NCBI GenBank assembly: GCA_964270895.1
Contig: OZ185435.1
DNA from: Podarcis filfolensis
Lineage: Eukaryota
Reading direction: 5' to 3' (one strand)
Length of the DNA: 64,000 bases
A program made the translations under genes and the position numbers. This document shows positions 35,516 through 48,244 of the stretch, one piece after another. The notes under the pieces were generated by a model, which was not told the DNA's origin, searched no databases, and was given only the letters and a program-made list of their open reading frames with translations. How positions within the stretch are numbered: position 1 is the stretch's first letter; each line of letters starts with the position of its first letter.

Positions 35516-36422
35516 TTGATCTAAAGAGTTAAATAATCCTTTACTATTCTCAAAATTCTACAGAAAGTGAGTGTGACAATTGTGCCCCAGAGCCCACATC
35601 AACAGCAAGTCAAGAAAATGATAGGCATACCTACCTCTAAGGTAGAGTGTGTATTGGTTCATTGAGAACATTGAGTTAGCTTTTTCCAAGCTCTAACAAA
35701 CTAACCATTTAAAATCTAGGGTTTTTGTACTAATTTTAGCCAATGCATTGTATTGGAGAAGGGAGGGGGCTTCATAATTCCAATATTGTGCTATTGAATT
35801 TATCCTAGTTTTCTGCCTATTTCCTACTTTGCCCATCTTGCTTAATTACCTTAACAGTTGAAAGAACATGATCCTAGTGAACTGATGACTGAACCAGCCA
35901 TCCTTGTCTGCCTCCTGTTTCAAAGTTCATCCCACTATTACCTTTATGGCATCCATTCATGTGTTAATTTTAATGGTAGTTAGATTTACATATGCTAATC
36001 TTTATACAAGGTGTGAGGAAATCAGGATGTCTCCTGAATGCTTCCAGGACATGTTTTGAGATCAGACTGGTACCAGAGTCAAGAAAGTTCATAATGGAGG
36101 GTCGGTCTCCTGTCATATTACCATATACCCACCTTTTTATTCATGCCAGGGTCTACAGTAATAAACCACAGAAAAGGTTTAGATCAACACACATCTATCC
36201 ACAGTTTAATCTGTGATTGTTCAACTGTCTTTTGTAGCACTCTCCCCTTTAAGACCCATTTTGAGTATAGTATTATTAATACTATTTATGTTTATCTGAA
36301 ACTTAGTTCAGCTGAATTCAGTGGAAGCACAGCCCAGTCTTTTAAACCTGTTAAGCATGCCTGCCTGTGCTTAGAACAAGACTCTGAAGCATTAACCAGC
36401 ACTCGTAACCCACTTCTTAGGG

Positions 36423-36906
36423 CAGAGGTTTCCAATCTTTTTGGGTCCCTTGACCAACTACATTCTTTCTGTGGCACCCCTGTGGGGCTCATGAGCCCAG
36501 TGCTGTCACCCCTTGCCTGTAGAGCTGGCAAACACCCTCCCTTGTGGAGTGTTCCCTCAGTCTCTTCTCTCCCCTTTCTTTGGGAGTTCTCTGGGCAGCT
36601 ACAGCTGCTGCCCTGGTCTCTGAGCTGTCCCTGCCCCCGCTCCAAAGAGAGGTGTCTCCTCCCACTGCCCTACAGGGGCCTAGGAAGCACCCTCTGGCCA
36701 GTTCTAGAGGCACCATTCGCCCAGGAAGCTTGTAGCCAAGGCTGCTGCAACAAACAGCTATGCAAGCCTTTGGGAGGCAGAAACGCAAGAGGGCACCAGA
36801 GAAGGGAGGGAAGGAAAGAATGGCAGAGGCCAGTGTTGCCAGCAGCACCCCTGACCATCATTCAAGGCACTCCAGGGTGCCACGGCACACTGGTTGAAAA
36901 CCACTG
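36423..36906. mobile_element. hAT non-autonomous element (484 bp)
   Basis: TIRs CAGAGGTTTCCAA/TTGAAAACCACTG; TSD TCTTAGGG/TATTAGGG (7/8). Confidence 0.75.
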
Positions 36907-37789
36907 TATTAGGGGGTTGAGAGTAAAGGATTACTCTGCATGAATCTAACGGAATGCCCAGTCTGTCATTGATTCAGTTTGTATGTCTGGCTCTTTTGCA
37001 GCTCTGCTCTGTAAGAGCCATATCCAATATAGCTAGGTATCACTAGTTTCAAGTGACATCATTTGCTTTCTCATCATTTTGCTGGCTACTGCCGTGTTCT
37101 AGAGAGGCAGCCATATTAGTTTTCTGCACCAAAAAACCCCACACACTTTAGCATAAAGTAGGCTCAGCCAGATGTATCATTAGATGCATAAAATGGCATC
37201 TTCAGCTTGCAGATATGCACATGGCATATACATGTGTAGTGGTGACAAAATAAGGGTGGGTGAGGAATGCGAGGTCAGAAAGCCCCAAAACAAACAAGGT
37301 GTGTGTTTCATTAGTAAGTGGAACACAAATGCAAACAAGCAAAGGGTAAAAGATCAGACTCCCAACCGATAACAGATCTGCAAAGCAAGCTAAATACCAC
37401 GCACAAGCACATAAGGAGCTGAAATTCTTTTCTACTTTAAATAAATTCCCATTTCGCATTTAGCTCATGTCTTGTTAAGTGTGAAACTTGCATATGAATT
37501 CCAGCTTAACAACGTCCCTTTTTTTGCTGAAGCGTGGCAAAGTCGGATGTTCAGTATCCAGAAAGACCGAAATATGTACACCCTGACTCAACCCACGGAT
37601 TCTAAGCATATTACCATTTTTTAATATTAGATTTGTGGCTATTAATTAGCTGGATCAGTGACAGTCTGCTTTAGAGAGCGAGCAGGTGGTTTCAGGCTAG
37701 GCACCCAAAAATATCCGTCAAATATGTACTGGGACTTGATCAAACCGCTGCATAGTAAATAGATTCCACAGAACATCCGTAAGAACACG

Positions 37790-38900
37790 CAGCAAGCACC
37801 CCACGCTACTAGAACATGACGTCAGAAGAGGGGGCGGCGCTTGCTATGCGAGCCGGAAGCTACCCGTGATTCGGGCGTCCTGGTCGGCGTCTTTCTTCAT
37901 GCAGCATAGAGTCACAGGCTCAGTGGGATTTTACACTTCCGGTTCTCAATCGAGCATGGGGGGGGTAACCAATGCAACGAAATAGAATAGGGCACTGTAC
38001 AACCCACTCTCCCATTTTGCACTACGAAATGGGGGCCGGGGAGCTGCGTTAGTCCGCTGCAACAAAAACAACAAAAACCCACACATGCCACACAAACAAA
38101 AAAAACCCCGCCCTGTTTTTTAAGATGCAACGGACGGACTCTAGTTCTCTATTCTGGACCAGCTCCGTATATGGCGGTATTCCAACGGAAACCGGAAGTG
38201 GGGAACGCATTCCGAGGCGAATCTTCTACCTCTACGCAGTCGTGGGTTGTTGTGGTTTTTTTTTGTTAAGGGCCGGCCGAGCAGCAAAGGTGCGACGCGC
38301 TTGTCTCTCCCTCCCTCTCTCTATGGTCTGTTCTAGATGGGAGCGAGGCATTTTCGATGGCTGTGCGCGTCATATCCGGACGATTCTGAGATGCCGGTAA
38401 GAAACGCTCGTCTCGGGGAAGGAAGGAGCTGAGGGGGGGGGGCGCAGAGGAGGGGCGCGAGAATACGTCGTTTACGCGCCCTCCGCCCGCGCGCTCCCTT
38501 CCCTCACTCGGGGTGGTCTCGCCACTGTGTGGCCCCCGCCGCCTACCTGCTCCCCTTTCCCTCAGTTCTTGGTCCGTGAGAGAAGCCCTTCCCTCTCCGC
38601 CCTCGGTGCCGGGGGAGCGGCCTGGGTCCGCCTCGGCCTTGTCGCCGATATGGGACGGGTCTTTGCTTCTTCCCCTCTCAGCGCCCGCCCGGACCCAGGG
38701 GCTGGCGGGAGACTCCGGTTGACTCCGTCCAGAAGGTGACCTGCTTGTTGCTTAGGCCCCGGAAAGTTCTTCGGTGTTTCACGAGGGGTCGTGTTGTTGG
38801 ATGAACCTCCTTACCGTCCCTCGACCCTCCCGGGTCTTGACGAACCGCCGCCTCCTTGGGGGGTTGGAAGGCTCCGCGGTCCTTAATGTTCAAAGTAAGG
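37790..38900 (+). promoter_or_regulatory. CpG island / ZNF410 promoter
   Basis: CRE TGACGTCA 37817-37824, GC box ~37830, ETS-type CCGGAAG at 37853, 37934-37942 (reverse) and 38191-38200, YY1-like ATATGGCGG 38169-38177. Confidence 0.8.
38150..38396 (+). other. ZNF410: Probable non-coding exon 1 of ZNF410 (start approximate)
   Basis: Within the CpG island, ends at donor CCG|GTAAG (38397); TSS cannot be determined from sequence. Confidence 0.5.
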
Positions 38901-39195
38901 AAAAGTTTAGGATTATTGGTATAGCGATGGTTCCCACTCCCCGCTTTCCATCAGCGCACGTGGGGTTTCATAGGGTTATGTCAACAACAAAAAGTCAGGC
39001 TCCTGCCCTGAAGAGCTTTGCATGATAATATAGCCGCGATCTTTATTATTTTTGTTGTTTGTCGAATTTATGCCCCTCCAATAAGCAGCCCTGGGCGGCA
39101 ATCGAGGATAGGCAGCAGAGGAAGATGACGAGGGAGAGATGGAAGAGGCAGTGAAAACCAAAGGAGAGGTGTGAGCAAATTGGTTTTAAGACAGA

Positions 39196-39502
39196 CACAG
39201 AGCCTAGGACTTGCTGATCAGAAGGTCGCGGTTCGAATCCCCGCAACGGTCCGTTGCTCGGTCCCTGCTCCTGTCAACCTAGCAGTTCGAAAGCACGTCA
39301 AAGTGCAAGTAGATAAATACTCCGACGGGAAGGTAAATGGCATTTCCGTGCGCTGCTCTGCTTCGCCAGAAGCGGCATAGTCATGCTGGCCACATGACCC
39401 GGAAGCTGTACGCCGGCTTCCTCAGCCAATAAAGCGAGATGAGCGCCGCAACCCCAGAGTCCGCCACGACTGGACCTAATGGTCAGGGGTCCCTTTACCT
39501 TT
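39196..39502 (+). mobile_element. Sauria SINE, 5'-truncated
   Basis: Colinear with the 44055 copy; B-box GGTTCGAATCC; CCTTTACCTTT tail. Confidence 0.88.
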
Positions 39503-40708
39503 AAAGACATACTGCTTGGGAATAAGGATTAAGAGGTCTTGAACACCTCCAGCCCTGACATCAGAACCTGCCAGAAACAGGCGGCTGCCAGGGCCCATGC
39601 AGTCAATGGGGCGGACTGGCAAAACTCCTACTGTCTTTGAGTGTGTTTTCCCTCCCACACTGGACATTGTTCAGTAGCCCTTCTCTAGTAGTGTTACCAC
39701 TAGTTGGATTCCCACCCCCATGTTGCTATTCAGCTTCTAACTTGTGGCCTTACCCAGGCATCCCTGTTGCTCTTTCTAATGGATGTAGTAGCTCCCATTT
39801 TTTAACATACTGCTGTGTGTGTAAATGCTGTGCAGCGTATAATGTAGTGATACCCTGTTGGGTGCTCTGTAGCATGAAGGATTATGGCCACTCACTTCCT
39901 ATAGCAATTGCACTTCCTCTGAGTAAGCTCATGGGGGGTTATAATCATTGTAGTACAGCCAGGTAAAATGGGAGGTACCAGTATATGGTGGTTGTAACAC
40001 CAATGGCACTGTCATGAAGGCCAGGGGAGCCTTTTGGTTTCACTATGCTGCTGTGGTGAGGACTTGCTGAAGCTTGGAGCTGGCCTTGAAAGTATCTGGA
40101 ATGGGTTTGAAGGAAGAGAGAAAGAAGCAAGTTCTAGGCATATGTGAAAGCAGGAGAGAATGGACAGCTGCTTAAGAGCTGGTATTTATGTATTAAAATG
40201 TTTATTTTTGCACCCAAATTTTGGTCCTGACCTCCAAATAAGCTTGCTGCAGTTATGTAGGAGGGAATTAATGATATTCTGTAATGGTCAAATAAAAGCT
40301 CTTCATTGTTGTTACTATATCCCTGTAATGAACCATAGAACTGTAAATGTTTCTTGAGGCTGATCTCTGGCAAAGTCTGGGCCCCTGGCAGTGGAATTTA
40401 ACAGCTGCAGTTTAACAGGCATGGAGTGGAGGTAGAAAGCAAAGAGAATCAACGTTATGTTACTGCTGTTTTGTGTGTGAGAAAGAATTATGTTTTAAAA
40501 TACGGCAGCATGACTGGCAATATGTTGGTCATATTTTTGGTTCTTTTTCAGGTTAAACTGAATAGCTCTCTACTACGGCTTCTCCTAAGAAGATCCTCAC
40601 AAAGCTGTGAGGCTGGAATATATTTATAAACACAGAACGTTGTTCACTTTGAACTCTTAAGCTTTGTGCCTTATCCAGATCGACTTTGGGAATCGGAAAC
40701 TTGAATCA

Positions 40709-40741
40709 ATGTTATCGGATGAGTTAGAGTCTAAACCAGAG
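40709..40741 (+). CDS. ZNF410: ZNF410 first coding segment (MLSDELESKPE); exon probably starts at 40552 (alternative acceptor 40679)
   Basis: ATG at 40709, donor GTCAG at 40742; identical to the recalled human N-terminus. Confidence 0.95.
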
Positions 40742-41580
40742 GTCAGCAACCGCTAGATTTGTTTTGTGGCTCAATGGCTGTATTCTGGAATTATTACGGC
40801 AAATGATAATTTTCCTAGTGATTTGTGTAGTTGGTATATGGTTATCATGCATAGAAGCAGTGCAATCTTTTTTTCCTTGATTAACGGCTCCAAAATCACT
40901 CATCTGATTTGCACCCACAAGGTCTCACTTGAAAACCTATAATCACAAGTGACACTTAAGCAGGAATTCTGTGCTAACTTACATGGGAATGAGCCTCACA
41001 ATGTGACTTACTTCTGAGTAAGCCCATGTAGCATTGCAATGCACAGAGGTCACAATTTAAAAATGTTTAACAGTCTACATGGCTCTTAATGCAAAAACTC
41101 TGAGGTACCAATAACACCCAGTTGCTTGACATAAAGACTTCCAGCTCAGAGCAGTTATGCTTATGGCCTTCATGGTAAAAAGCTGCCAGGAGGGCTAGTC
41201 AGAATGAAAGGAAGGGGTGTACTAATCCTTTACTCCTTCTCCACTGTCCTGACCCCCCTTCTCCAATTGCTATTTGGCATGGGAAAGAAGCTGCCATTGA
41301 TGTAATTTAGTATAGAAGAAAGCTGCCATTATCAGCTTCGGAGAATTGTTTCCATTGGAATCAGATGTGCAAGAGAAAAGAAGGCTGCTTATTATGGTTT
41401 TGATTCTCCACAAAATATACTACATATTGTGTATAAAAAATACATGTGACATTAAGTTATATATTTAACAGCACGTGTGATATAGCCTGCACTCTGTGAC
41501 TAGTGCAAAAGTGTTTTGGGGTGGTTCATGTAGATTACAGGTACGTTGCCTGTTGCTTCTTTTCAGCTCAAAATAAAGCT

Positions 41581-41760
41581 GGGGAAGGGCCATAGCTCAG
41601 TGGTAGATTTTCTGCTTTGCATGCAGAAAGTGCCAGGCTTAGCCCCAGCATGTCCAGGTAGGGTTGGGAGAGGCCCCAGTCTAAAACTCTGAAGAGTTGT
41701 GCTGTCATTATTGTGGAAAATACAGACCAATGAAGTGACTACTGTGCAAAGGCAGCAGTA
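41581..41760 (+). mobile_element. Older tRNA-derived SINE (family name uncertain, Squam2-like)
   Basis: TAGCTCAGTGGTAG A-box head; body shared with 45700-45874 and 44692-44812. Confidence 0.6.
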
Positions 41761-42088
41761 GTTGTGAATTTAGTCAAAGAACAGGGCTTGTAACGTTTAT
41801 GCTTGTTACCCTAAGAATTAACATTTGTACAGGGAAATAAGAGTTCAGAGTAAGTAGTGAGTAATTATTTCACATTGGTGATTTATTATTGTTTCTTGGT
41901 TGAGCTCAAAATGACAGAATATTTACTTTTAGTATATTCGCTGCAGTGTAGTTTATGAACCATTTCTCTGTGTTCCTGCCTTTTGTAGCTGAAGTTGTAG
42001 AATGGGAACCGGGGGGAATCGACAGAAAGCATTCAGCTTCAGATCTAAGCATTTGCTGCTGCTTTAATATCTTTGCTTCCCCCCGCAG

Positions 42089-42224
42089 CTGCTGGTTCAA
42101 TTTGTTCAGAACACGTCTATTCCACTAGGACAGGAGCTTGTGGAATCAGAACCTAAAGATATAACCTGTTTGTCTCTCCTTCCTGTTACTGAACCCCAAG
42201 AATGCAACAGACTGATGTTGCCAG
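42089..42224 (+). CDS. ZNF410: ZNF410 coding exon (LLVQFVQNTSIPLGQELVESEPKDITCLSLLPVTE)
   Basis: AG at 42087-42088, GT at 42225; 136 nt. Confidence 0.95.
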
Positions 42225-42564
42225 GTAAAACCTGAAGCCTGATTATGCTAAAAATGCTGTTTGCATTTTTGAGATATTAACAACACAGTTCTATGCATGT
42301 CTACCTGGAAGTCAGTCCCACTGAGTTCAGTTTGGCTTGTTTCCAGGTAAGTGTGCACAGGAGTGCATGCTGTGTTTAGATGTGGGATACTCCTGTAATG
42401 TACAGTTATTAAAATTCAGTTCTTTTTCAAGGAATGGTGAGATAAAATTGTAATAGAGTGGATTCTGGCAAGGTTGCTAGCAATGCTCTAATTAATATTA
42501 AACGTTCAATAAGTTGTTTAATGTTAATTAGAGCATTGCTAGCAGCTTTGCCAGAATCCACTCT

Positions 42565-42920
42565 CTTACTTATGGAATATGCAGAAATGGCGAAATTTAC
42601 CGGAAGAATAGGAAATCAAGATAACAAACTTTTTATAAAAGAATGGAAATGGTTTATTGAATATTTACAGATAAATTGCAAACAGATAAAAACATTGATA
42701 GGGTTATTGTAATAACCTGCAGTTTCATAAGAGTATATATTTAAAGTAGATAATTAAATGAGCAAATTAAATGAATTTGGATATGCAGAAGATATTAGAA
42801 AATACATTTAAGGAACCGCAGAAAGAGGGGGAAGGAAGTCAAACTTTGAAATGTTAAATTGATTGTACAACTTATGAAATGTATAAACTTGAAAAGTATA
42901 AATAAAAAACTTTTAAAAAC
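42565..42920 (+). mobile_element. L1-clade LINE 3' end
   Basis: LMEYAEMAKFT...KEWKWFIEYL-type ORF2 C-terminus, AT-rich 3' UTR, AATAAA and A-rich tail. Confidence 0.72.
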
Positions 42921-43047
42921 ATAACATTAAATGTACTGCTAAGGTTACTGGTTTTATAATGGTTTTCTATCACGTTTGTGCTGAAAGCGTGATTGTCTTG
43001 AATGAAATGCATAATCTCAAAAATGCTTTCTAAAATTTCTTCATTAG

Positions 43048-43266
43048 ATGACTCTCCAGGTCATACTAGCTCCTCAAAGGATGTCTCCTCTTCTGCTGTT
43101 TTGCGAAGCCTCCAGGTGAACGTTGGCCCTGATGGTGAGGAGACAAGGGCACAAACAGTACAGAAACCACCTGAGCTTCTGCCAAGCCCTGATACTTCTA
43201 GCTTATTGCAAGACCTCCAACCCACTGATAGCACTTCTTTTATCCTTCTCAATTTAACACGAACAG
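43048..43266 (+). CDS. ZNF410: ZNF410 coding exon (SSAVLRSLQVNVGPDGEETRAQTVQK...SFILLNLTR)
   Basis: AG at 43046-43047, GT at 43267; within ORF 43002..43349. Confidence 0.95.
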
Positions 43267-43584
43267 GTAACTCCTTCAAGCACGTCAAAGCACAGAAAGA
43301 GATTTGGCCAATGCTGCATTTAACAGGAGTCATCACCTCCTTCCAGTAAAGTGGCTGGAGAGCAGGGAAGCTAATCTGTGGCACCTCCTGATGATGTTGA
43401 ACTAAAACTCTCATCTGCCCTGGCGATTGGCCATGTTGACTGGGGCAGAAGGGACTTGCTGTGCAATGACATATTGAGGGCTACAGGTTAGCCATCCCTG
43501 CTGTAGAGGTTGATTGTGATATTGTGGGAAGCAAGAGAGTTTACTCCCCTTCTTATTGTCTCATGAAAACTGCCTCCCTTCTAG

Positions 43585-43776
43585 GCCTAGGATCTCCCTC
43601 AGAGCACTTGGTGTTTGTCCAAGATGAAGCAGAAGATTCTGGGAATGATTTCTTCTCGAATGATAGCACCGACAGCAGTACCCCATGGTTTTTGCGAGTG
43701 CAGGAACTGGCTCATGACAGTTTGATTGCTGCCACTCGAGCACAGCTCGCAAAGAATGCCAAAGCAAGCAATAATG
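43585..43776 (+). CDS. ZNF410: ZNF410 coding exon (EHLVFVQDEAEDSGNDF...PWFLRVQELAHDSLIAATRAQLAK)
   Basis: AG at 43583-43584, GTAAG at 43777; acidic segment near-identical to human. Confidence 0.96.
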
Positions 43777-44054
43777 GTAAGAGGGCTTTTATTTCTGTTG
43801 GGACTTTTTTTTCCATTTTCAAGGTATAATGTTACTTTCACCCATAAAATGAGTTTAGGAAATCTTGTAAAGCTCTTATATGTTGTTGAGAACTTCAGTC
43901 ATTTACTTCCTGCCTTTTAAGGTAAAAAACTTTCAATGTCCCTAATAAGGCTAGCAATATTTGGTTTTCAATATCATGGTACATCACCAGCTAAACATTA
44001 CAATATACCACTATATCATGATATCTGAAATAAGACACAGCTATGTAAAAGCAA

Positions 44055-44408
44055 GGGACGCGGGTGGCACTGTGGGTTAAACCACAGAGCCTAGGACTTG
44101 CCGATCAGAAGGTCGGTGGTTCGAATCCCACAAAGGGGTGAGCTCCCGTTGCTCGGTCCCTGCTCCTGCTAACCTAGCAGTTCAAAAGCATGTCAGTGTG
44201 CAAGTAGATAAATAGGTACTGCTCCGGCAGGAAGGTAAACGGTGTTTCTGTGTGCTGCTCTGGTTCGCCAGAAGCGACTTAGTCATGCTGGCCACATAAC
44301 CCAGAAGCTGTATGCCGGCTCCCTCAGCCAATAAAGCAAGATAAGTACCGCAGCCCCAGAGTCGGTCACGACTGGACCTGATGGTCAGGGGTCCCTTTAC
44401 CTTTACCT
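44055..44408 (+). mobile_element. Sauria SINE, full length
   Basis: tRNA-like head, (ACCTTT)n tail, 13-bp TSD TATGTAAAAGCAA at 44042-44054 and 44409-44421. Confidence 0.93.
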
Positions 44409-45699
44409 TATGTAAAAGCAAACATGGTAATGTCCTGGCAACTGCTACTCAGTTATGGGTCTAGATCACCACTGATGAAATCATTACTTTCATCAGCAGT
44501 TTCATCAGCCAAAATGCATTCAAACAGGACTTTGGTTTAGGGCTTGGATACCAAACGGTGGTATTCAGGGCCAGGACAATCCAAAATACAGTGAGGAGTC
44601 ATAGTGAATAATGAATAATCTGGGAAAATATTGAACAACAACAAAAATATAAATTTGATGCTTATAATTATATTAGATTTAACTCGGATTCATCCCCCAG
44701 CATTTCCAGGGAGGGCTGGGAGAGACCACCTCTGAAATTGTGGAGAGGAGCTGCTGCTCAGCGTAGACAATAGTGTTGTAGATTGACCAATGGTGTGCCA
44801 TACTTCCTATTTCCTATCATATAATTTCCATTTGTCTTTGGAGCAGGACCAGAGGCTGCTCTGATCTCCCACCAGCAGAGGCAATGGTTCCAATAAGTTA
44901 TGCACTAGTTGATAAGGGTGCTGTTGTGCAGTCACAACAGCACCTGGCCATGCCTGTGCATGGCTGTGAGGGTAAACGGAGTTCTGGGGTTTAGTAGCTC
45001 CTGGCTCTGAGCTGTTTTCACCAGTTGTTGCTGCATGACTGCTGGGCCATGCAATCTGCTGAATGCCAGGTATACCTGGGAGTTGCTGATGCTTGGCAAA
45101 CGCAGCTCCATTGCTGAGGTAACCAGCCTGAAGTTCCCATCCTTAATCCAATTGTGTGCTGTCAATTTCTTGCCGATGAGATTGGGACGCACATTCCATT
45201 GGAAGTAACACATTCAAATATAAATGATTTGCATTCCGTCACAACTTCATCTGTTTGTACGGCACTGCTTATAATGGGATGCACATCTCCATGCCTGTTC
45301 TGTCCATTAGGCATGCCTATGTGCAATGGGAGCTCAGTCAGGAGAAAAATATGTTGCAAAATGATAGTAAGATAGTGAAACTGCCAGCATAACATGGTAT
45401 GAGTCCTCTCAGTTGTCTCTTTCCCCCCTAAGTGTGAGAGCAATTGAACAGCATTGTTTGCCCTTGCTGTTGTCACACAACTACAGCTGGCCACGTGGTG
45501 CCAGTTTTACTATGAGATCTGTGAGTTGGCTGGGATCACATAGTGAAGAAGCCCTTTCAAGTTTTGTATTTTGTTTTTAAGAAGGTGACCAAGCAGCAAC
45601 AGCAAGTCAGGGAAACAGTGAATGTGAACAGGTATGCAAAAATGTGGAAGGTAGTGCTTTATTATTTTAACGTGCCTTCTCTACCCTCCCACTACCTTT

Positions 45700-45874
45700 G
45701 GGAAAGTATTATAGCTCAGTTGGCAGAGCACTTGCTTTGGATGAAGAAGGCTCAATCTCTCCAGGTAGGACTGGGAACGCTTCCAGTCTGAAACCCTGGG
45801 AAACTTACTAGTCAGAGTGGTCAGTGCTAAGCCAGATGGACCAGTGGGGACTGGTTATAAAGCAGCTTTCTATG
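45700..45874 (+). mobile_element. Older tRNA-derived SINE, same family as 41581
   Basis: TAGCTCAGTTGGCAGAGCA head; TCCAGGTAGG.CTGGGA body. Confidence 0.6.
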
Positions 45875-46126
45875 CTAGCGTTTCACCACCCCCACTGCTC
45901 CTGCCCTTAGAAATGGTAAATTTTGCAGAAGAAAACTGAACCTCCTGAAAATTTGGGAGAGTACAGATTAGAAGTATGAAAAAAATCATCCACTTAAGGG
46001 GGCTGACTAAACAAAACGAGCAGATATGTTTCTCTTTTTAAATGTATTTAAGTGAGGTTTTTCCCCCTCCTATGTATCACTGTCATCTTACCATTGTATT
46101 CTTTCTTTCTTTTTTACCCCTTCCAG

Positions 46127-46286
46127 GTGAAAATGTTCATGTTTGCTCAGGAGACCCTCAACCGAAAGAATCCAGCCCTATCCCTCACTTGCCTCGGGTG
46201 GAGAAAAAGTTGAAATGTACAGTTGAGGGCTGTGACAGGACATTTGTGTGGCCGGCCCACTTCAAATACCACTTAAAGACTCACAG
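46127..46286 (+). CDS. ZNF410: ZNF410 coding exon, C2H2 finger 1 (CTVEGCDRTFVWPAHFKYHLKTH)
   Basis: AG at 46125-46126, GT at 46287; C2H2 pattern. Confidence 0.96.
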
Positions 46287-46799
46287 GTGCATAGAGTTGC
46301 TATAGCTATGACTTTGCTGAGCACTGCAGACTGTATGCAGGTCCTGCTATGGAACGATCAAATTCAGAAAGTCAGTCAAAGTACAGAAATCTGAAACAGA
46401 AAAAGCTCATTTCTATTTTGCAAATACACTCAGTGTGGTTTTTAAAACACTGTTTGTGTGTTTTAACTGCCTGGGAGTGGCTTGTGATTTTCAACTGGCC
46501 CAAACAAAACTGCTTTTTTGTGTATGTTATATGTAACCTAAACTTTTAAATGAGAATATCTGGTTTATTAAAATTATTTATACAGTGTAAGGCAAGGAAA
46601 ATGCAACCTCTTCATTTTACTTTAACTGTTACTTCAGGTGGGGCCAGTAACTGGCCATGTCACTTTTCAGCCTCTTCATTTTGAACTGAAACAAAAAATG
46701 CATACAACACCACATTAAGGAAAGCCAGAGCACCAGCAGAGGAATACTTGATTACAGCAGCATGTATAATAGTGCCATGAAAGTGATGTTGTTTTCCAG

Positions 46800-46981
46800 G
46801 AATGACCGTTCCTTCATTTGTCCAGCAAAAGATTGCGGGAAAAGCTTCTATGTCCTGCAGAGGCTGAAGGTGCACATGAGAACGCACAATGGTGAGAAAC
46901 CATTCATCTGCACCGAGCTAGGTTGTGGGAAGCAGTTCACGACAGCTGGGAACCTGAAGAATCACCTGCGGATTCATACTG
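46800..46981 (+). CDS. ZNF410: ZNF410 coding exon, fingers 2-3
   Basis: AG at 46798-46799, GT at 46982; [23 protein letters not shown] and [23 protein letters not shown]. Confidence 0.96.
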
Positions 46982-47723
46982 GTGTGTACCATTCCCCTTT
47001 TTTCGAATTCTTCTTTTGTTAAAGAAGTTTCTCTGCATTTCTGTCAGCCAGATTATGAGCATGGCACTGACTAGGCAGCTGCTGCCTCTCTGCCTTTATG
47101 CCTGTTATGAAGTATTTATTTAGGGTTGCCAAAGTTGTTGAGCTTTGAGGTATTTTTTAATGAAATTAGGCAAAATCTACACTTCCGACATGGGTTGCCA
47201 TATATCCAGATTTTCCTGAACACTGCAGCAATTTCCACCCGGACGCTGTTTATGAGGGCCGAATGCCGGCTATGTTACAGCTAGGGAGGAGATAGGGAGG
47301 AGAAAGCTGATTCAGATGACCCACTAAGCCAAACCTGGCTTGGCACAGCGGAAAAGAGGACCAGGGAGGAGCAACGTGGATATGAGCTCCTCTGTGTATG
47401 GTCTCAATAAGTCAAGGTTTGGCTTAGCGGTTCATGTGAACCAGGCCAAAGTTTTCCCCCACCTCCTTTAGGTGGTCAAAAGGTTATATAATAGCAAACC
47501 AAGTTGGTGGTTATTATATTAAATTTCTGAGACTTCCAGTCTTGGAGAAATTGTGTTTTCACTCTCCAAGTAGAAAGCTTCAAAGCTTCAATTCATGTAA
47601 ACAATGAAAGGTGTTTGAATTTGAGAAACTGCAACTTAATAGAAAGAAGTGGATCCTTGCATATGAGGGCATATGCAATTCAAGTGACTTTTTGAATTAA
47701 CTGAAGCAAATGCTTGAATGCAG

Positions 47724-47813
47724 GGGAAAAGCCCTTCTTGTGTGAGGCTCAGGGCTGTGGTCGCTCCTTTGCTGAATACTCCAGCCTTCGGAAACACCTA
47801 GTTGTCCATTCAG
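47724..47813 (+). CDS. ZNF410: ZNF410 coding exon, finger 4 (CEAQGCGRSFAEYSSLRKHLVVH)
   Basis: AG at 47722-47723, GTAAG at 47814; 90 nt. Confidence 0.96.
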
Positions 47814-48244
47814 GTAAGGGGACTTTATTCCTTGAGATATACCCATACAACAGACAACATCTGTCTTGAAGACAGCAGAACATTATTCCCTAGGTCTTAC
47901 TGAACAATTACTAATGTGGTTCCCCCTTTGCTTTTTACGCTGTCTTGCCCTTTTCTCTTCTTGAGCCTCATAACTTCGAAGGTGTAGGCTAAAAACTGCA
48001 TCTTGCCTAGTATATACAATTATGGGCGTGACAAAGTGAGATCTTACAATCTCTAGGTCAAAGGCTTCTTGTACATACAGGCCTGAGACTCTAAATTTTC
48101 CTGACAAAATTTGACTGTGAACTTGATAGCCCCTTTCTAAAGCTAAGCCTTTGGTGTCTGAATTCAAGAGAAATGAAAACTACTTAAGCATAGAAAATGG
48201 ATATTTCATTCCCTGCTCTAGCAATTATTGTATATTGTTTATAG

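Noticed and set aside
36143-36943. 266-aa plus-strand ORF
   Set aside because: Mostly runs through a non-autonomous hAT element; no transposase motifs; GTG start.
41581-41660. tRNA-like sequence (also at 5423, 45700, 48801 and the Sauria SINE heads)
   Set aside because: A/B boxes continue into shared SINE bodies and no complete cloverleaf is evident, so these are not tRNA genes.
45154-45375. DEIGTHIP peptide resembling Harbinger transposase IDGTHIP, and a possible 24-nt exon at 45181-45204
   Set aside because: No flanking Harbinger motifs; the acceptor would be a weak GAG; insufficient support.
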